Shown here in pieces: positions 1-14,070 of a stretch of 64,000 nucleotides of DNA. Both the position numbers and the translations under genes were made by a program. This stretch comes from Lingula anatina (lineage: Eukaryota > Animalia > Brachiopoda), in NCBI GenBank assembly GCA_051362555.1, contig CM120645.1, forward strand, positions 11,718,001 through 11,782,000, written 5' to 3'. How positions within the stretch are numbered: position 1 is the first letter of the stretch; each line of letters opens with the position of its first letter. The notes under the pieces were generated by a model that was given only the letters and a program-made list of their open reading frames with translations, searched no databases and had not been told where the DNA came from.

Positions 1-472
1 AACATGTCCAAGGCACTAAGCTTGAACACTGATGGTTCTGTAAAAGAATTTTACTTTTTTACCTCCTATACAACAAGTACATTAATATGACAGATACTGA
101 CTACTATAGAAACAACTTCATCCAAGTGTCTATTACAATGATATATAAAAATTGTAATGTGCTCAAAATTCAGTCATAAAAACATTTACCTTGTACAAAT
201 AAAAAGACAGCAGAGAATACTTATTTCAACGTAAACACTCGATCATAGATTTACCTGGTTAAACCAATGATTTAGCAAATACGTATACAGGCTGGTCCAC
301 TTAACATATAGCAAGTGATTTTATCACATAATTGATACCAACTGATGTGAACAGCTTATTAATATATCCTCATGATTTTAGGAAAGGGCATATAATAGGT
401 GTCTCAGTATGTCCTTCTTATGAGGAAATCAGCTATAAAAAATTGTAAGCAAATAAGACCCACTGTTTAAGG

Positions 473-625
473 GACCATTCCTACAGATATTTGGATTGAT
501 CTATTTCCCTGGGGAGTCTCACTAAATTGCTATCAATTTAACTGACTTAAATGTCTGCCACACCTAGTAAAGCTACTAGGGGGTAATTATCTTTATCCTA
601 GCTGATTCAGTAGGCGTGACAGACA
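473..625. repeat. Partial copy of a short inverted-repeat (MITE-like) family also at ~9681-9872 and ~29740-29957
   Basis: GATTGATCTATTTCCCTGGGGAGTCTCACTAAATTGCT... aligns by eye to the reverse complement of 9770-9870 and to 29781-29820; boundaries approximate. Confidence 0.5.
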
Positions 626-1900
626 TTTTTTAAGCTGGGAAGGGAAGTTACAGGAATAATTCCTAACAGTCCTAATTATGTTCATCACATCGCAGCTTTT
701 TTTGTAAAAAGCTAGCCAACTTATTCTGGATCAAGAAATATTCCCTGAAGTGCATTCTCAATAAAGTTGGGCTTAGCTTATACATCTTTATATAAGAGAT
801 CTTCTAAGGGAATGGGGTAGCTAACTATGCTGATTACAAGCCATGTAAATCCTTTTCATGATGCCCATCTTATCAGGCCCAAATCATTTATAACAACTCC
901 TTTGAAAATGAACATTCACTGATGGGTGCACATGTGCAGCAATGTATAGTTGGGAAAGACCCATGCACTCTATAAATAATAAAAAATATTCTACTGTAAC
1001 GTTTGAGCTATGGCCACTTAAAATCTCATAATAACATTTGTTTGTATACCCTATAGTGTTCAGCCTTAATTTATTTTGTGTAAATTTAATGCTAATATCA
1101 ATTAACCAATAATGAGATATTATTTAAGAATTTTTTCATGTTTAAAATAATACCAAATACAGTGGTTCAAACCTACACAATTGATGTTGGTCCTTTCACA
1201 GTAGTTTTCAGACAACTTTTTATTATCCGGTACAGTGACCGTGATAAGATTGATCATACATTTCAGGTGGGTTTTTCATGGAAACATTGTGATCTTCATT
1301 AATCAAGTAGATTTTAATCAATCAGTTGTGAAAAACTTAGGTAGACAACAAGTTGGATTGACTGTGATCAGGTTGGTCAAAACCACCTTTAAGAGTGATA
1401 AAATCCAGATAATTAAAATAACACACTAACAAATGGAAGCACACCTTTAATTTAACATTTCTTTAGTAAATGTTACTAAATCAATCTACACGCCTTTTCT
1501 TTCAACATTAAACATCTTTAAAAGTATCACCCTCGGATGTATTTTACGAATCACGGGTAATGAAATATAACTATATCTCATTTGCGACACCTGTTAGTAT
1601 CATATGTGCCTTGGTCTAAGACATGATTTACACATGCCATACAATCAAACTGGCCAGTTAACTTGGTCTAAGACATTCCCAATATAATTACACATGCCTT
1701 ACAAACAAAACTGCAGCTTGGCCAATAAACTTAGTAAATTAACTTGCCCATTATGCTGTTAACAATGAAAAAACACCATTAAGACTGGGTCCAGTCAGGC
1801 CCTAATTTAGATGGGGTCTTGGCTTCTTAGGCATAGGACCAGATTTGGTCTGGGCCTGTGACATGTACATGTAACATCAGACATGTACAGGTACAATGTA

Positions 1901-3417
1901 CAGACTCGACATTTAATATGGAATATTTTTTCCAAATCATTTTTCATCAGTTTTTCCCATTTTACTGACTGATAAATGAAAATAAGGATTAAAATCGTGT
2001 TTTAATAACTTTAAATTATCTCTTTGATGTCATGTTGACACCAGTTCGTTAATTGAATTTGACAGTAAAGCAAACAGAAATACATTGCCTATTCTGTGTC
2101 ATACGACATTCATTAAAAGAGATATTTTGGATCTCCATATTTCCCAAATTATCGTCTGTAAAAGAGTTACACGCTCCACAAAGGACCCTCATGTCAGTGT
2201 GTAGTCATAGTAACGGTCGCTATTACGCCTGGCCTCTTCTGGCTGTAACCAGCGCTCTCAAGCGGCAAGGCATTCCCTGTGATATGTTTTTAGAGTTCAA
2301 TCTGGAATAACATTTCAGGCATCGGTCAAAAATTGTCCATTTTGGCCCAGTTTTGTTGTAGGACATATAGGCCGTTGATTCGGCGAGTAATGGCCTACCC
2401 ACATATTATGTATGCGGTTCAAATGTGGCGATTTTGATGACCAGGACAGCTGCCCATTCCCTTGGTTCTGTAAGTTATCTGCTATTAAAAGTGCTCTGTG
2501 TGAACCGGCATTCTCACCGTGCAACCTAAAATTGTTCCTAAGGTGCCCCCTATCAAATGATAGCCAAGTGTTTCCCAGATTATTCCTTTATTTGATCTGG
2601 TTCAGGTTTTCGTCGATGACTACCATTGGTGTTTAGGCACCAATGTGGTATCCAATCCAAATACTAACGCTGCCAATACCCCGTGTCACTTTAGATGCGG
2701 CACATGCTTCTTCGTAGGCCTCTTCTGGATGTCTGTAAGCACTGTTTTGACTAGTTGGGCGGTACAGGTGAAATCTGACCTCAAAAAAGAAAGCCACGCG
2801 ATTTCCGTGTTCTACAGAGAAACGGTCATGGCTCCCAATTCATTAAAGAAACAGACGACGATGTTTTGCTGTTTACAGTGGGTACCTTGGAGGTCGTCTG
2901 ATATTCTAACCTGCTAAAACCACTTTGGTGTTCACTAAGGGCCTTGAAAAACGCATTTTCGTGGCAATTTACCCCTCCTTCTGAACGGACTGTGTGGTTT
3001 TTGTTTAGTTGCAGCAGCGTATCCCGAAAGACAGTGGGTACTGTACCCTAGAGGTAAGATTTCGATACATTGGGTGTGACCTCTGTGTAGGTACATCAGT
3101 CTGGGCATTACTCTATAAAACTGTGCGGATCGTTCCGTTTGGCGCTATAATGTGTCTGGTAATGTCTGTCTTTTTCGCGCCATTCTGCTACATATTAACA
3201 AATTTGTAAAGCACTACTTAGCTCATTTTACGCACTGCAAAACTGACCACTTGCAAGCAAAATTTAAAATTCTTCTATGCAGTAGTTGCCGACATATGGA
3301 TACTTTTTTGACAGAACCAACCTTTGCCTAAGGCAAGCTTTGACCAGCCCAAAGGAACACTACCCAATTAAATCACTGCATATTACATAATGTAGCAGCG
3401 CAACAGACATGGAAGTC
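1901..3417 (-). mobile_element. Degenerate Tc1/mariner-type DNA transposon, truncated copy (same family as 40716-42360)
   Basis: Begins TA|CAGACTCGACATTTAATATGGAATATTT, the TIR of the complete copy at 40716-42360, and is colinear with it up to ~3417. Minus-strand remnants such as WSSKSPHLNRIHNMW resemble the Tc1 WPxxSPDLNPIE motif. The second TIR is missing. Confidence 0.8.
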
Positions 3418-3424
3418 ATTTAAT

Positions 3425-3868
3425 AGGGACTATCCGAGCCTATTTTGCACATCTGCGCAGCAGATGACGTCAAACGAGTTTTCACGAGAGGTGGGGTTAA
3501 AATCTGCCATTGCAATTTCTCTCGCGGTCGGGCACGAGTCTGTTATAGGACTGCATTGAGTAAAATTTGCACAAATCGACTTGACAGTAGCGACTTCTCT
3601 GCCTACAAATTTCATCGATTGTTTAGCTGCAATTCTAAAAGTTTCTCAACGAATACGTGTGATGTTATCTACAGTGTGTCTAAGTAACCTTCCACTACGT
3701 GTATATAACATGAAAGTTATGAAATAGGCGAAGATTCCACGTCTCCCTCCTACGAATCTCCATTAGAGTCGGCCATGCTGCTTTGTTTACATTGCAACAC
3801 CTGGTGGGAAGGTCACGTGACCCCCTTTCCGTTGCTTTGATTGGTTTAAAGGGTCGAACGGCAGGGCT
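3425..3868. mobile_element. Non-autonomous DNA element related to 44302-44857 (AT|AGGGA terminus, ISL2EU-like)
   Basis: AT|AGGGACTATCCGAG...CATCTGCGCAGCAGATGACGTCAAACGAG...TTCACGAGAGGTGGGGTTAAAATCTGCCATTGC matches the reverse complement of 44748-44857. It truncates the upstream Tc1 copy. Right boundary uncertain. Confidence 0.5.
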
Positions 3869-4157
3869 ATTCATTTTGATATTTCGACATTATACTATCG
3901 CGCTTATCTATATGTTGGCACATCTTCCGGTTGTCGATTTTAGTGTGGGCATTCCTTAACTGTTTATCTTCATGCACAGTGAAAATTGTCTGGCCCTATG
4001 ATTCTTTTAAGGAAAGAGCTTTTCTAAACGCCTTTATTCGTATCAGGTGGAGGACTACGTTGACCATTGGTAAGTACGGGAAAACTGCCGTTTATACTCC
4101 AGGAAAATCCAATTTTTGGTCAAAACGAAGAGTTATTATGACTTTAATGTCATGAAT

Positions 4158-5185
4158 AGGGACGGGCTGGGGGTGGGGGTGGGAGTCGATCTACATGTAC
4201 CTTGCATAGGCCTAAGAGGGTCCTTATATTTAGCCATCAGTGAGTAATAACTCTCATCAGTCTGATCAAGGAGTAATGTAACTCCTTGGTCTGATGAAGG
4301 CCTACGTCTGATGAAGACCTAATTGTTTAATATGGCATAATGATTATCATATACTCAGTATGATCAAATTACTGGTACAGTACCAAGCTAATGGGTGTCA
4401 TACTCACTCACTTTTATGGATTTGATTTCCTTTCGCCTTCAGCGTGATCGCATGATGTAAAACAATGATTTTGGTCACACCTACCAGTGCATTACATAAC
4501 AGGGAAAACGACTCTACGAACGATCACAAAAGGTTGGTACAATTTGTCTACAATTTCTGACGTACACTTTGCTCGTGTAATATGAAACTAATGGACTCAG
4601 AAGTTTATGATAGATAATATCGGCATATAGAAGTCGTACATGACATTCAGATATTCCTCAAATTGCTGGAAAATCCATCCGTTTAGAGGCCTTAATACGC
4701 ACATCTTGTGTGGGTTGACCGTTTGAATCCTGTAAAAGGTACGTAAATGTAAAGCCTAGATTACATTTGATATGCGATGCCGTACTTAGTTACCTTTACA
4801 CATATCTGCTAGGTATACATCTTAGAGATAACAGATTTGAAACGTGTTTTCGTGCCTCGCTCATAAGTCAATACAATAATGCCTGATTCTCGCGTTTTAG
4901 TGATTAGCTATAAAGTGCTGATACTTTATACAGCAATATTAAAAGTACCGGTGCACTCCATAGGTTTTGTCATCCGCAGCTTCTTATGAAAGTCATTTTA
5001 AACTACATCAACCTTTATAAATCGAATCTTAGTGCAGAAAATATATGGAAAATCTGCCTATAATATCTGGCACCGTGGTAGAGAGTAGACGTAGCCCTTC
5101 ATCAGACTGACGTGAGCAGATGTTGATACTCACTGACTGCTAGGTTGTATAGCAGTCAGGACCCTCTTGTCAGGTAGATCGCCTC

Positions 5186-5220
<35 letters not shown>

Positions 5221-5224
5221 CCCT
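4158..5224. mobile_element. MITE with ~150-bp imperfect TIRs and AT flanks (ISL2EU-like)
   Basis: AT|AGGGAC...GTCCCT|AT termini. Inverted blocks: G-run/C-run, GATCTAC/GTAGATC, AAGAGGGTCC/GGACCCTCTT, TCAGTGAGTA/TACTCACTGA, GTCTGATGAAGG/CCTTCATCAGAC. Superfamily inferred from the 2-bp AT duplication and RR..YY ends. Confidence 0.65.
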
Positions 5225-8200
5225 ATTCGAGAAGTGGGAAACTGTCATGGCCGCAGTGTTCCGCGAAGCAAGAGTTCTGTTTGGGGGACTCGCCAGGTAA
5301 CGTAGCCGATCTTATTTTAAGTTCAAATTACACTATAGCTAATAAGTCCCCGGTCACTTTAATAGGACACGCTGTCTACATCTGACGCGCTAGTGCGCAC
5401 GTCCCCGACAGTGTTAATGATAGGGGGATTACGATGGACAGCGCAAGTTGCTCACAGCGGAAGGCACTGCCGCCGAAGTTAAACCGGTAATAAAGTCTTT
5501 AACTTGACTAAACATGTTTTGCTTTGAAACTTGCGTCCTTCAGTCTTGCTGTTGCGGAAGCGCCGGCGGGACATATCTCCACCTTGCCGATATTTATCCC
5601 GACTCTCGACTTTAAAATTATTATTGGTTTTGATTTTATCAAAGTCTTATTATATCAGAAAACCTGCATATTTTCATACGTTAAGAGAATTATAGAAACT
5701 GTAGAAAAAGCTACTCGTACATCAGGGATAAAAAACAACACCTTGCAGCACTATTACCTACTATTCATCACCAGAAGTTACTGTTTCACTTTTTTCTCCC
5801 AAATTACAAAGTCTGATGACAACTGAAAGGCTTTAACCATACCTCAGGGCAGTGGGAGGTCTGGATTTGATTAAAAGTAATAAAAGTATATTTTGAAGAA
5901 TTTTCCTAGCCTTCGGCAATTTCCGCAAAGCTTCGGCATGCGCGGCAATACAGAGCTGTCGATATCAATGTGAGTAAACACTAGAATTGGTGGAGCAACG
6001 GTTAACGTCGTTGCATAGACAGCAACCTACCTGACGGGAGTGCGTACCCCTGAAGCTACTTTTGAAATTGTCATTATAATAAATATCTATTAATTTATAA
6101 AACAGTTGTGGCTGATTGTTTTGCAACGGAAAGCAGAGTAGGGAGGTTTGTTGTTATTGTTAAAGTTATTATTACTGGGGACATAAATTAGTATGCTAAT
6201 CTCTTATCATGGTATAATGATTGATACGATGGGTATCAGATAGTTTTCCTTTGATATAAACGACAAAAGAGCGGCCTTCCAAATATCTTTGCTGAATGTT
6301 TATAACGTAGGTACTATTATGCGCAAAAATATTGATACATGACGCAAACGACATTTACTAATTTCGGTAATATCAATTTTAATTAAAATTAAATTTAATT
6401 GAAATTTAAATTTGTCTAAACGTGCATATTGCCATTCACCGTGTTTAAAGGGTTCGCAACACTTTACATCCTAATACAGTTTGCCAATTTTCATGTTTGC
6501 AAGTTTATTTTGATTTGAGAGAAAGCGAGAGAAGACCCTCTATTAGGGCTGAGTATTTTTCTTCAGTGCAAGAGACTGTGTAATGAGAAATCAATCTGTA
6601 ACTCTGGTATAGGGTGGCACTGGTATATACAAGTAGGGGCAGGGGTACAGTTTTATAGTACAAATAGTCATTTTATACATCTAATTGATCTCATCGGCGG
6701 GTCATTGTTTACAATAGCGCTTTGTCGCTGTGCGTACCTTTTTGCATTTGAGTTAGACTCAGTCAGTAACAGCTGGTGATTTTGTCTTTTTTGCGTTTCA
6801 TTGGCAATATTTTGGTCATCTAAGTAGGGAAATGTGGCTCTTTGTTTTGAAATGACATTGTTCCTTTGAACACGCAAAAGTCTTCACCAGGAAGCAGATA
6901 ACACTTACGTCAACATACTTACTTTGTAATAACCACCCAGGGGAAGAAACAAAAGCCTCATAAGGTGTCGTCATTCACACTGTAAAAGGTGTTAATTTCA
7001 TGCTTCTATTGTTTGCCCATGAATCATTATGACAAAATTATAGGGTTGCCAGATCACTCGCGCTTCATTCAATTCTCTATATCTGCTCTGCAGCCTGGGA
7101 TGAGTGATACTTGACTGACCTTTGTTTACATCTGGAGATTTTCTTTATAATTCGATCAGTGTGCATAAATTATGATATTTTCCATCTGGAAACGATGTTA
7201 CGATTCCTATTTTACGGATACATAATTACAAAAATTAATTCATGATATAATACCCCTATTTCAGCGCCTATTCCTGGCTGCGTTAATTATTGGGGGTTGG
7301 AAAGTAATCCGTTAGGACGCGGGAGTGATGATTGCTACTCTTACCAACGGTACATCACCGATCAACTTAACTCAGCCACCTGAAGCAGAATCACCACCAA
7401 AAGACAAATTGGACTACATCTGCCCTCTTGTTGAAACATCTTATGTAAAAAAGGCGATAACGGTCCAAACATACGTGCTTCGTGGTTTATTAAAAATGTT
7501 CATCGTATTTTTTCGTTCATTATTCTTATGAGTTAGGCAGCGATAACGACAGAGACGTCCTCAAACATTTTTGGACTCAGTGCAAATAAAAAAAATCCGT
7601 TAAGAAGTAGCCTTTAAATGTCCTGGCAAATTACTTTGCGATGGCTCAGAGAGTTCTAGAATGAATGACAAGAAACGACATTAGGGTTAATTACAGACTA
7701 AAAACTATCAGAGTGTAGGCCTGTCTTACTTCATTTCTAAGGCCATCTTGTGATACGAGTAATGCTACACTACAATAGAGGGGGTAGCAGTGGATGATTT
7801 AATACAGGGATACAATAGAAAATCGCGATCCTCAAATGTTTTTTTTTCAATTCATTAAATATAAACGGTCTTTTCTCGTGCAATGGGTCTGGTATAGTTG
7901 TATTGGCCTATCAGTTGGAAACACGTGGTTCGTCTACAATTGCAAATGGCGGAGGTGCCGTGGTAGTTATTGTCGTAAAATTAGCTGGATACGCGCACGT
8001 TAGAAAAATTATTCATTAAATTTATTTTTCGAGCCTCAGCTTAATCTGGTAAAATGCGAGACGAAAAAAATCATAGATAGAGCCTTATGACCCACTGTAG
8101 AATGATGCCGAATAATACATCAACGACGTAGTTTATCGGCAGATAAACGTGTTTCCATTCTCGGCTGACTGAGAAAAGGTTTGAGAGAGCATTTAAAGAA

Positions 8201-8311
8201 GAGGCGGGCGAACCAATAGTGAGTAGGAAGTGTGCTGCAATCAAGACGAACAATACCGATCATAAGTGGACAGCTAATAACCCCTAATTAAGCCCGGGTT
8301 ACGCGCTGCTG

Positions 8312-8466
8312 TGTTGACTCCTTGCTGGGGAGCGGTAGAGGCCTCCTACTGCTGTGAGTAATCACGCATTGTCTTCTAACATGCGGCTTAGTTGACTCCT
8401 TGCTGGGAAGGGGTAGCGGCCTCATACTGCTGTGCGTAATCACACATTGTCTTCTAAGTTGCGGCT
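8312..8466. repeat. Two-copy ~79-bp tandem direct repeat
   Basis: GTTGACTCCTTGCTGGG...TACTGCTGTG.GTAATCAC.CATTGTCTTCTAA..TGCGGCT occurs at ~8312 and ~8391. Confidence 0.8.
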
Positions 8467-9385
8467 ACACGTCGGTTGCATTGTATTAATAAAGTAATAC
8501 CTATTCATAAGGAAGGGGGCGGATGGTAATCATACGAGAATTAAATCAGTTATCGATCATACGCGTACCAGTAGTCGTGTTTTTTTATAGCTAAACGGTA
8601 CACTATACTGAATCACGTTTGATTGATGTGACAAATTACTATTTGTATTATTTTGGTATTTCAATACACGAAAAATGGCTGACAATGTGTCATAGACTAG
8701 TGTAGAGTTTCCGTTGCATTATCAGGAAATTATTCGGTAACTACGGTAAAGGAATTAGTATATAGTAATTACGGTACCTACGCCCTCTTCCACCTCTTCG
8801 GGTGTGGAAACCCAAGTTCTTCATATACACTGCGCTATTAATAGTATATTGCATTCATTCCGCCATTTTGAAAATCAAATTTATACAAATCCACTGAAAC
8901 CATACCGTGGCCTCTTTGAGAATGAAATTAAAATTCCACGTGCCAACAACAACCCCCTCATTCAGCAACCATCCCGCAACCCAAACTTTCTTTCTACCGC
9001 CTACTAAAATCACATATAGCCTATTTCGAAATCGCACCATCCGGTACTTCTCGCCTTCTTTTCCAGCCGAACTTTAACACTTTATAACTAAAAATTGAAC
9101 GTCCCATTGGCCAAAACGAAGCAAACGCATGATATTTCCGACTTGCATTTACCCGCAGCAGCACCTACCTTGCCTTAGTAAATGCTTTCAGGCCCGTAAT
9201 TGTCCAATTTGCCACTTAGACCGTAGTTAAGATGGCTGCCGTTCACCGACCTTTCCGCTTTACTTATGCATGTTACGGGCACAAAAGACATAACACGGGG
9301 CAGCCTGCCCGTACAACTATCTACTGCCTTTCTTCCTCCAAACAAGCAATTACCCTGCAAAATACTTCGCAAGGAAAAACCATAA

Positions 9386-10515
9386 GCCTCGGTCACAACC
9401 GGTCGTACGGGCTTTTACCGGCTGTTTGCGTCCAAATTTTGCGCAGAATCTCACGTCCCACGCAAGTCCTTCTTACGAAATTTCGAGATCGCAGACAGCC
9501 CGTAAGCACGTACGGAGGATGTTGGACATGTCCAAAAGATTCTACAAATAGCCTGCGAACAGCGAGGCCGCAAGCGTAACTTGCTCCCCTCGCACGGAGT
9601 TAGCAACAGAGAAGCGCGTTGTGCAAGACGCACGTCGCAAGCAATGAAGGAGCAAGTGCCCTTTGCTTGTTGAGATACACCCCATTCTCATAGATTAGAT
9701 CGACCTACATTGGATCGACCTAACTCCCTGGGGGTTCACGCTAAATAGCTGTCAGCCGGGCGGACACGAAAGTTAATTACCCCTTATAGCTTGTAGTAGG
9801 CGGGGACGGACACTTAAGGCGGATTATCTGACAGTAATCTAGTGAGACTCCCCGCGGTGATAGATCGATCTAAAAGTTGTGAGAACAGAGCCTAAGGCGC
9901 ACGCCCTCACAACTAACGAACAAAGTTGAGAGCACACCGGGAATGCGTCGCACGTGCGTCACCCCCACGCCTGGTGTATACAAGGCGTGCTTACGACGCA
10001 CGCTCATGTCTTTACAATGAACGTCGACTGTGTAAAGTATACAACAATTTTCAACATTTTTAAATTTTTGCTCAATTTGGTTTCTTATATGCCTCCAAAA
10101 GGCAAGAGAAAGAAGCTTACATAGTAGAAAAATGGGAGGAGGAAGAAGAAAGATGAGGAGAACAGGAAGCAAAACTGACGTACGCCGTCAGTACGTCACC
10201 ACAAACGTGTGAGGCAAGTGTGAAGCAAAACTGCCGCAAAAGGGCACTACTTTCGCCGTGCGTTGCATTCCCTTCGTATGTGGTGAGTGTGTGCCACGTA
10301 CACAGGAAGCAAGACAAACTCAAGAAATGAGTACAATTTCCACGGCCATCGCTCCTTGCAGTTAGCGTCCTTGCTTAAAAGGCCGTCTCATGTGGCCCTT
10401 GCGACTCGCAAGGCAGACTTTCCTCTACCTGTACGACCTCCACGGCCTCCGCAACACCCCAAAATCGCAGAGAACTTACGATCCTGAAATTCGTGCGTCC
10501 GGTTGTGACCGAGGC
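9386..10515. mobile_element. Non-autonomous Harbinger/PIF-like element containing a small MITE (~9681-9872)
   Basis: TIR GCCTCGGTCACAACCGG / CCGGTTGTGACCGAGGC. Flanks are TAA and TAT (imperfect 3-bp TWA duplication). No transposase ORF. Confidence 0.65.
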
Positions 10516-11551
10516 TATGGCCCCCATTTTCTCAAATAGCATATAAATACCACGTGCTCTTATTCTACAACGCCGAGATCGAAACCCTCATCAATTAAAT
10601 GTACTACCTGTAGTACCCCCAGGTCTGCGGGAGCTGCTCTTTGAAACCAACGCACAGGTAGATTTTTACCTGAGATAAATATCGCCAGCCATTTAACCCT
10701 CTAATTAAGAGGTAAAGGAAGTTCCAGTTAGATGGATGATTAAGATAGGACTTGTAAAGGTAACGGGCATTGTTTACCTCAGTTTAATAAAAGTATGCAA
10801 GACGGAGTGTCAGCGGTTTAATAAAATAAATTGAATTTCACAAATAACATGGACCTCATATGCAATAATCAACAGTACCCTTAACTCATTCAAATGCAGT
10901 GTTTTATACAACTTGGGATAACCATAATTAAATTCTTGTTAAAGAATTGACTAGACGGGAAATGGTTTTACACAGCTTCACGAGGATTTAGACCCCTCGG
11001 GTAACATATATGAATGAGTATAAACTTTTATCAGAAGCCAGAGAAGTCATCTTACAGGCAGACAATGCAGCTCAGTTTGACAGCTAAGCACGCACTGTTC
11101 ACCGGTGGCACGATTGTCGTCATCGGACCACGTGACCACGTAGCTCATTAACTCCCAGGCCGAGCAAATAGGACGTTTTTTAAAGCCAAAAATTTAAAAA
11201 ATGAGCTTTTAATGTGTGTATTTGGATAAAGATATCGTTAGTTGGGCATGTTTTCTGAAGAATATGTTCCGTTCAGGCCATTCTGACGGTATGGCGCAAA
11301 TCCTTTAATTTAAAGTAATCCCACTGTACATGTATACCAATCAATCAATGATTTTTTCTGATTGACATTTTAACGGATACAGTAATACATAAAAATCAGC
11401 AATACTGAAAAGGGAGAAGGTTGGATTGAAGTTCTTAATGGGCCTTTATTGTACCATAAATATTTCATATAGTTTAGTCAAATATATTCTGTTGGTGTTA
11501 CAACCTGGATTCGAGTTATTCTTTTCCGTGTGCAGAGTTGCTTTCGAGTTA

Positions 11552-13286
11552 GGGCCCCTTTACACTGGACGGCGTCCTTTCTGCGTCCCTTCTGCGTTGA
11601 AAAATGTGGTCAGGACGCTCAACGGTCGCCAAAGCAATTAAATCGTGTCTCAGTGTAAAGGCGTCTGCGTCCCTTGTGCGTCCTTTGACAGACCGAATCT
11701 TGATTTTACCTGTAAATCTGCGAGCAACCTGCCTGCCTCCACTGTAGGTCCTCTGTGCAACCCAAGGAGTCCATTGCGATGTTTGAGCGACCATTGAGCA
11801 TTCTCGCTGCGTTCTCTGTACCTTCATCGGCGATCAGTGGCGTCTATCCTACGATCATTCTGCATCCTGCTTGACCGATGAGCGTTGTTTGGGCGTCCTT
11901 CTCTATATTCTAACTCATATTTTTTCATCGGTTCTAACCAGGTCATCCATTAAAGAACATTTCCAGCACACAAAACAAATAAATGGGAATAAAAGCTTTA
12001 AACTATAGTGATGCGAGGTCTGATGATCAGCCAGACGCTCTACATGGACTGATGATCAGCCAGACGCTCATTGTCATCCTGGACAGGCGCCGAAAACGAG
12101 AAAGTATGACTGATAGTCTAGTGAGATTTCCACAAAATGTGAATAGTAGGGGCATTTTTGGGTAAAAGTTGGGAACCAGGCTTATTGGCATAATTTTGGC
12201 ATGCCGAGTCCGATTTACCCGGTTCCCAAGCGAAATTTTGCATTTTTAACGGTCTAATTTGCAAAAAAACAAAAATGGCCGCCAGATTCATATGTCATGT
12301 TTGCTTGCCTAGTTGCAGAGATACAGAAGTAAAACGGTTTTTCAGTAATGGCGGTCCTAATTTGCATATTTAGGAAAATTGGGTAAACCTAATTCTAACA
12401 GAAATATCTTGATGATGTTCCTCGACCCTGAAAATATAGGTAAGGACACTTCATTTGTCATATTCGCCTGTCTAGTTACAGAGATGTTGCAGAAAATTGG
12501 AAATCTGTCGGCCATTTTGTTTTTTGCAAATTAGACCGTTAAAAACGCAAAATTTCGCTTGGGAACCGGGTAAATCGGATTCAGCATGCCAAAATATGCC
12601 AATAAGCCTGGTTCCCAACTTTTACCCCAAAATGCCCCTTGCTTCTTATGCAGAGCCCTTTTTCAAAAATCCCACTAGACTATGACACAACATAGAATGT
12701 TTGAATCCGTTATCAAATGACACATTCTGCAAAAAGTTCTGACAATTAGGCCTAATGCATCTTGAAAAAAAGGCAAAATATTCGTTTTATAATATCCTAA
12801 AAAATGGATCGTTTCATGAATTTTAGGGGAAAAAACAATCGGAGGCTGATATGAGACCACTGTTGCCCTTAGAATTCCTGTCTGGTGAAAAATACCTCAG
12901 CACGGCCCCGTTTGAGAGTGAAATAAAATAATGTTCTACGTGCCGAACACTGGACGATCTTTGAGTTTTCATTCTGCAACCAAAGCGATGCTTTTGCCTC
13001 CTTTCTACGACCGCGGCGATGCTTGTGCGTCCTCTCTGCGACCACGGCGATGCTTGTGCGTCCTTTTTGCGTCCATTGAGCGACCATCCTCCATCGCGTT
13101 CTCTCTGCGATTGATTTGAACATGCTCAAAACTTCCCGGCGTCCATGGCTTCCTCGGCGATGCTTGAACGTTCTTTGTGCGACCTTGGCGATCACTGTGC
13201 GTTCTTTGAGCGTCCGACGGCGTCCTGGCCAGTTTCATGGTCGCACAAAGGACGCAGAAAGGACGCCGTCCAGTGTAAAGGGGGTT
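11552..13286. mobile_element. Non-autonomous Harbinger/PIF-like element with TTA target-site duplication
   Basis: TTA|GGGCCCCTTTACACTGGACGGCGTCCTTTCTGCGTCC ... GGACGCAGAAAGGACGCCGTCCAGTGTAAAGGGGGTT|TTA, with internal short degenerate repeats (TGCGTCC/GCGACC). Confidence 0.8.
12114..12682. mobile_element. Academ-like non-autonomous element nested in the Harbinger MITE
   Basis: TGA|TAGTCTAGTGAGATTT ... AAATCCCACTAGACTA|TGA (TAG..CTA ends, 3-bp TSD), plus a ~135-bp internal inverted repeat at 12148-12281 / 12508-12639. Confidence 0.7.
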
Positions 13287-13829
13287 TTACGGAGCCCGAG
13301 TCTTTCCTTTCTCTGTTCTTGCGATCGTTCACCCACGCATCTACGTAAATTTGTACGGGGCGAATCTCTAAAATAATAACCTCCAGTTTCTCTTTCTATC
13401 TATTCTGTGCTTCTCGGGATAGTCCCTTTTCATAACGTTAAGCTATGGTGAAGTAAAAAGATCACAGATAACGATTGGCAGCTAAGGTCAATTTTATCTT
13501 TTAACTAGATGTGCTGTGGTTACTTACAAAAGGCCGTCAAAGGAAATCGACCAGGTAAAAAGGTGATCCTCCCTGGCATAAGTGGTTAAGCAATGTGACG
13601 CCAGCCCGACTGTTAGATATAAGGGTACCGTTAAAGTGAAGCCGAAAACTAAGGCAATGTGTAAGATGCATACTGATCTTGTTCAATGTTGTGTTAGTAT
13701 TATTACTTCATTAGGTGAGGAAACCTGAAAATATATTCAACTTGCATACTTATATGGCACTTTCTTTACTTTCCAGATTTTGCACTGGGATTTTAGGGAC
13801 AAAGTGAAACCAAGGTCATTACTTTTACA

Positions 13830-14070
13830 ATGACAAACCTTTTACCATCCCGTCTACCCCATTTCGGCGTGACACGTGTTTTGACCGTATTATTCCTCAC
13901 TCTGGCACTACCAGTACTTGTGGGTGGTCTGTGCTTCCTTCTACCAGGTCAGAAACAGGACCAGTGCTGCGGAAGCTGTATATATGTCGATGGCAACACC
14001 ATTTGTTACTGCGATGAGGCATGTCTTTTTTTTGGCGATTGCTGTCAAGATTACCAGGGATATTGCCTAG
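13830..14070 (+). CDS. Receptor exon 1: signal peptide + somatomedin B-like domain
   Basis: Hydrophobic [17 protein letters not shown], then CCGSC...[21 protein letters not shown] (SMB motif CxCDxxCxxxGDCCxDY). Donor G|GTAAAT at 14071; upstream acceptor TTCCAG near 13777. Confidence 0.85.

Noticed and set aside
4255-4325. Repeated CTGATGA motifs suggesting a hammerhead ribozyme
   Set aside because: No correctly placed GAAA core or closing stems; the motifs are part of a MITE's inverted repeats.
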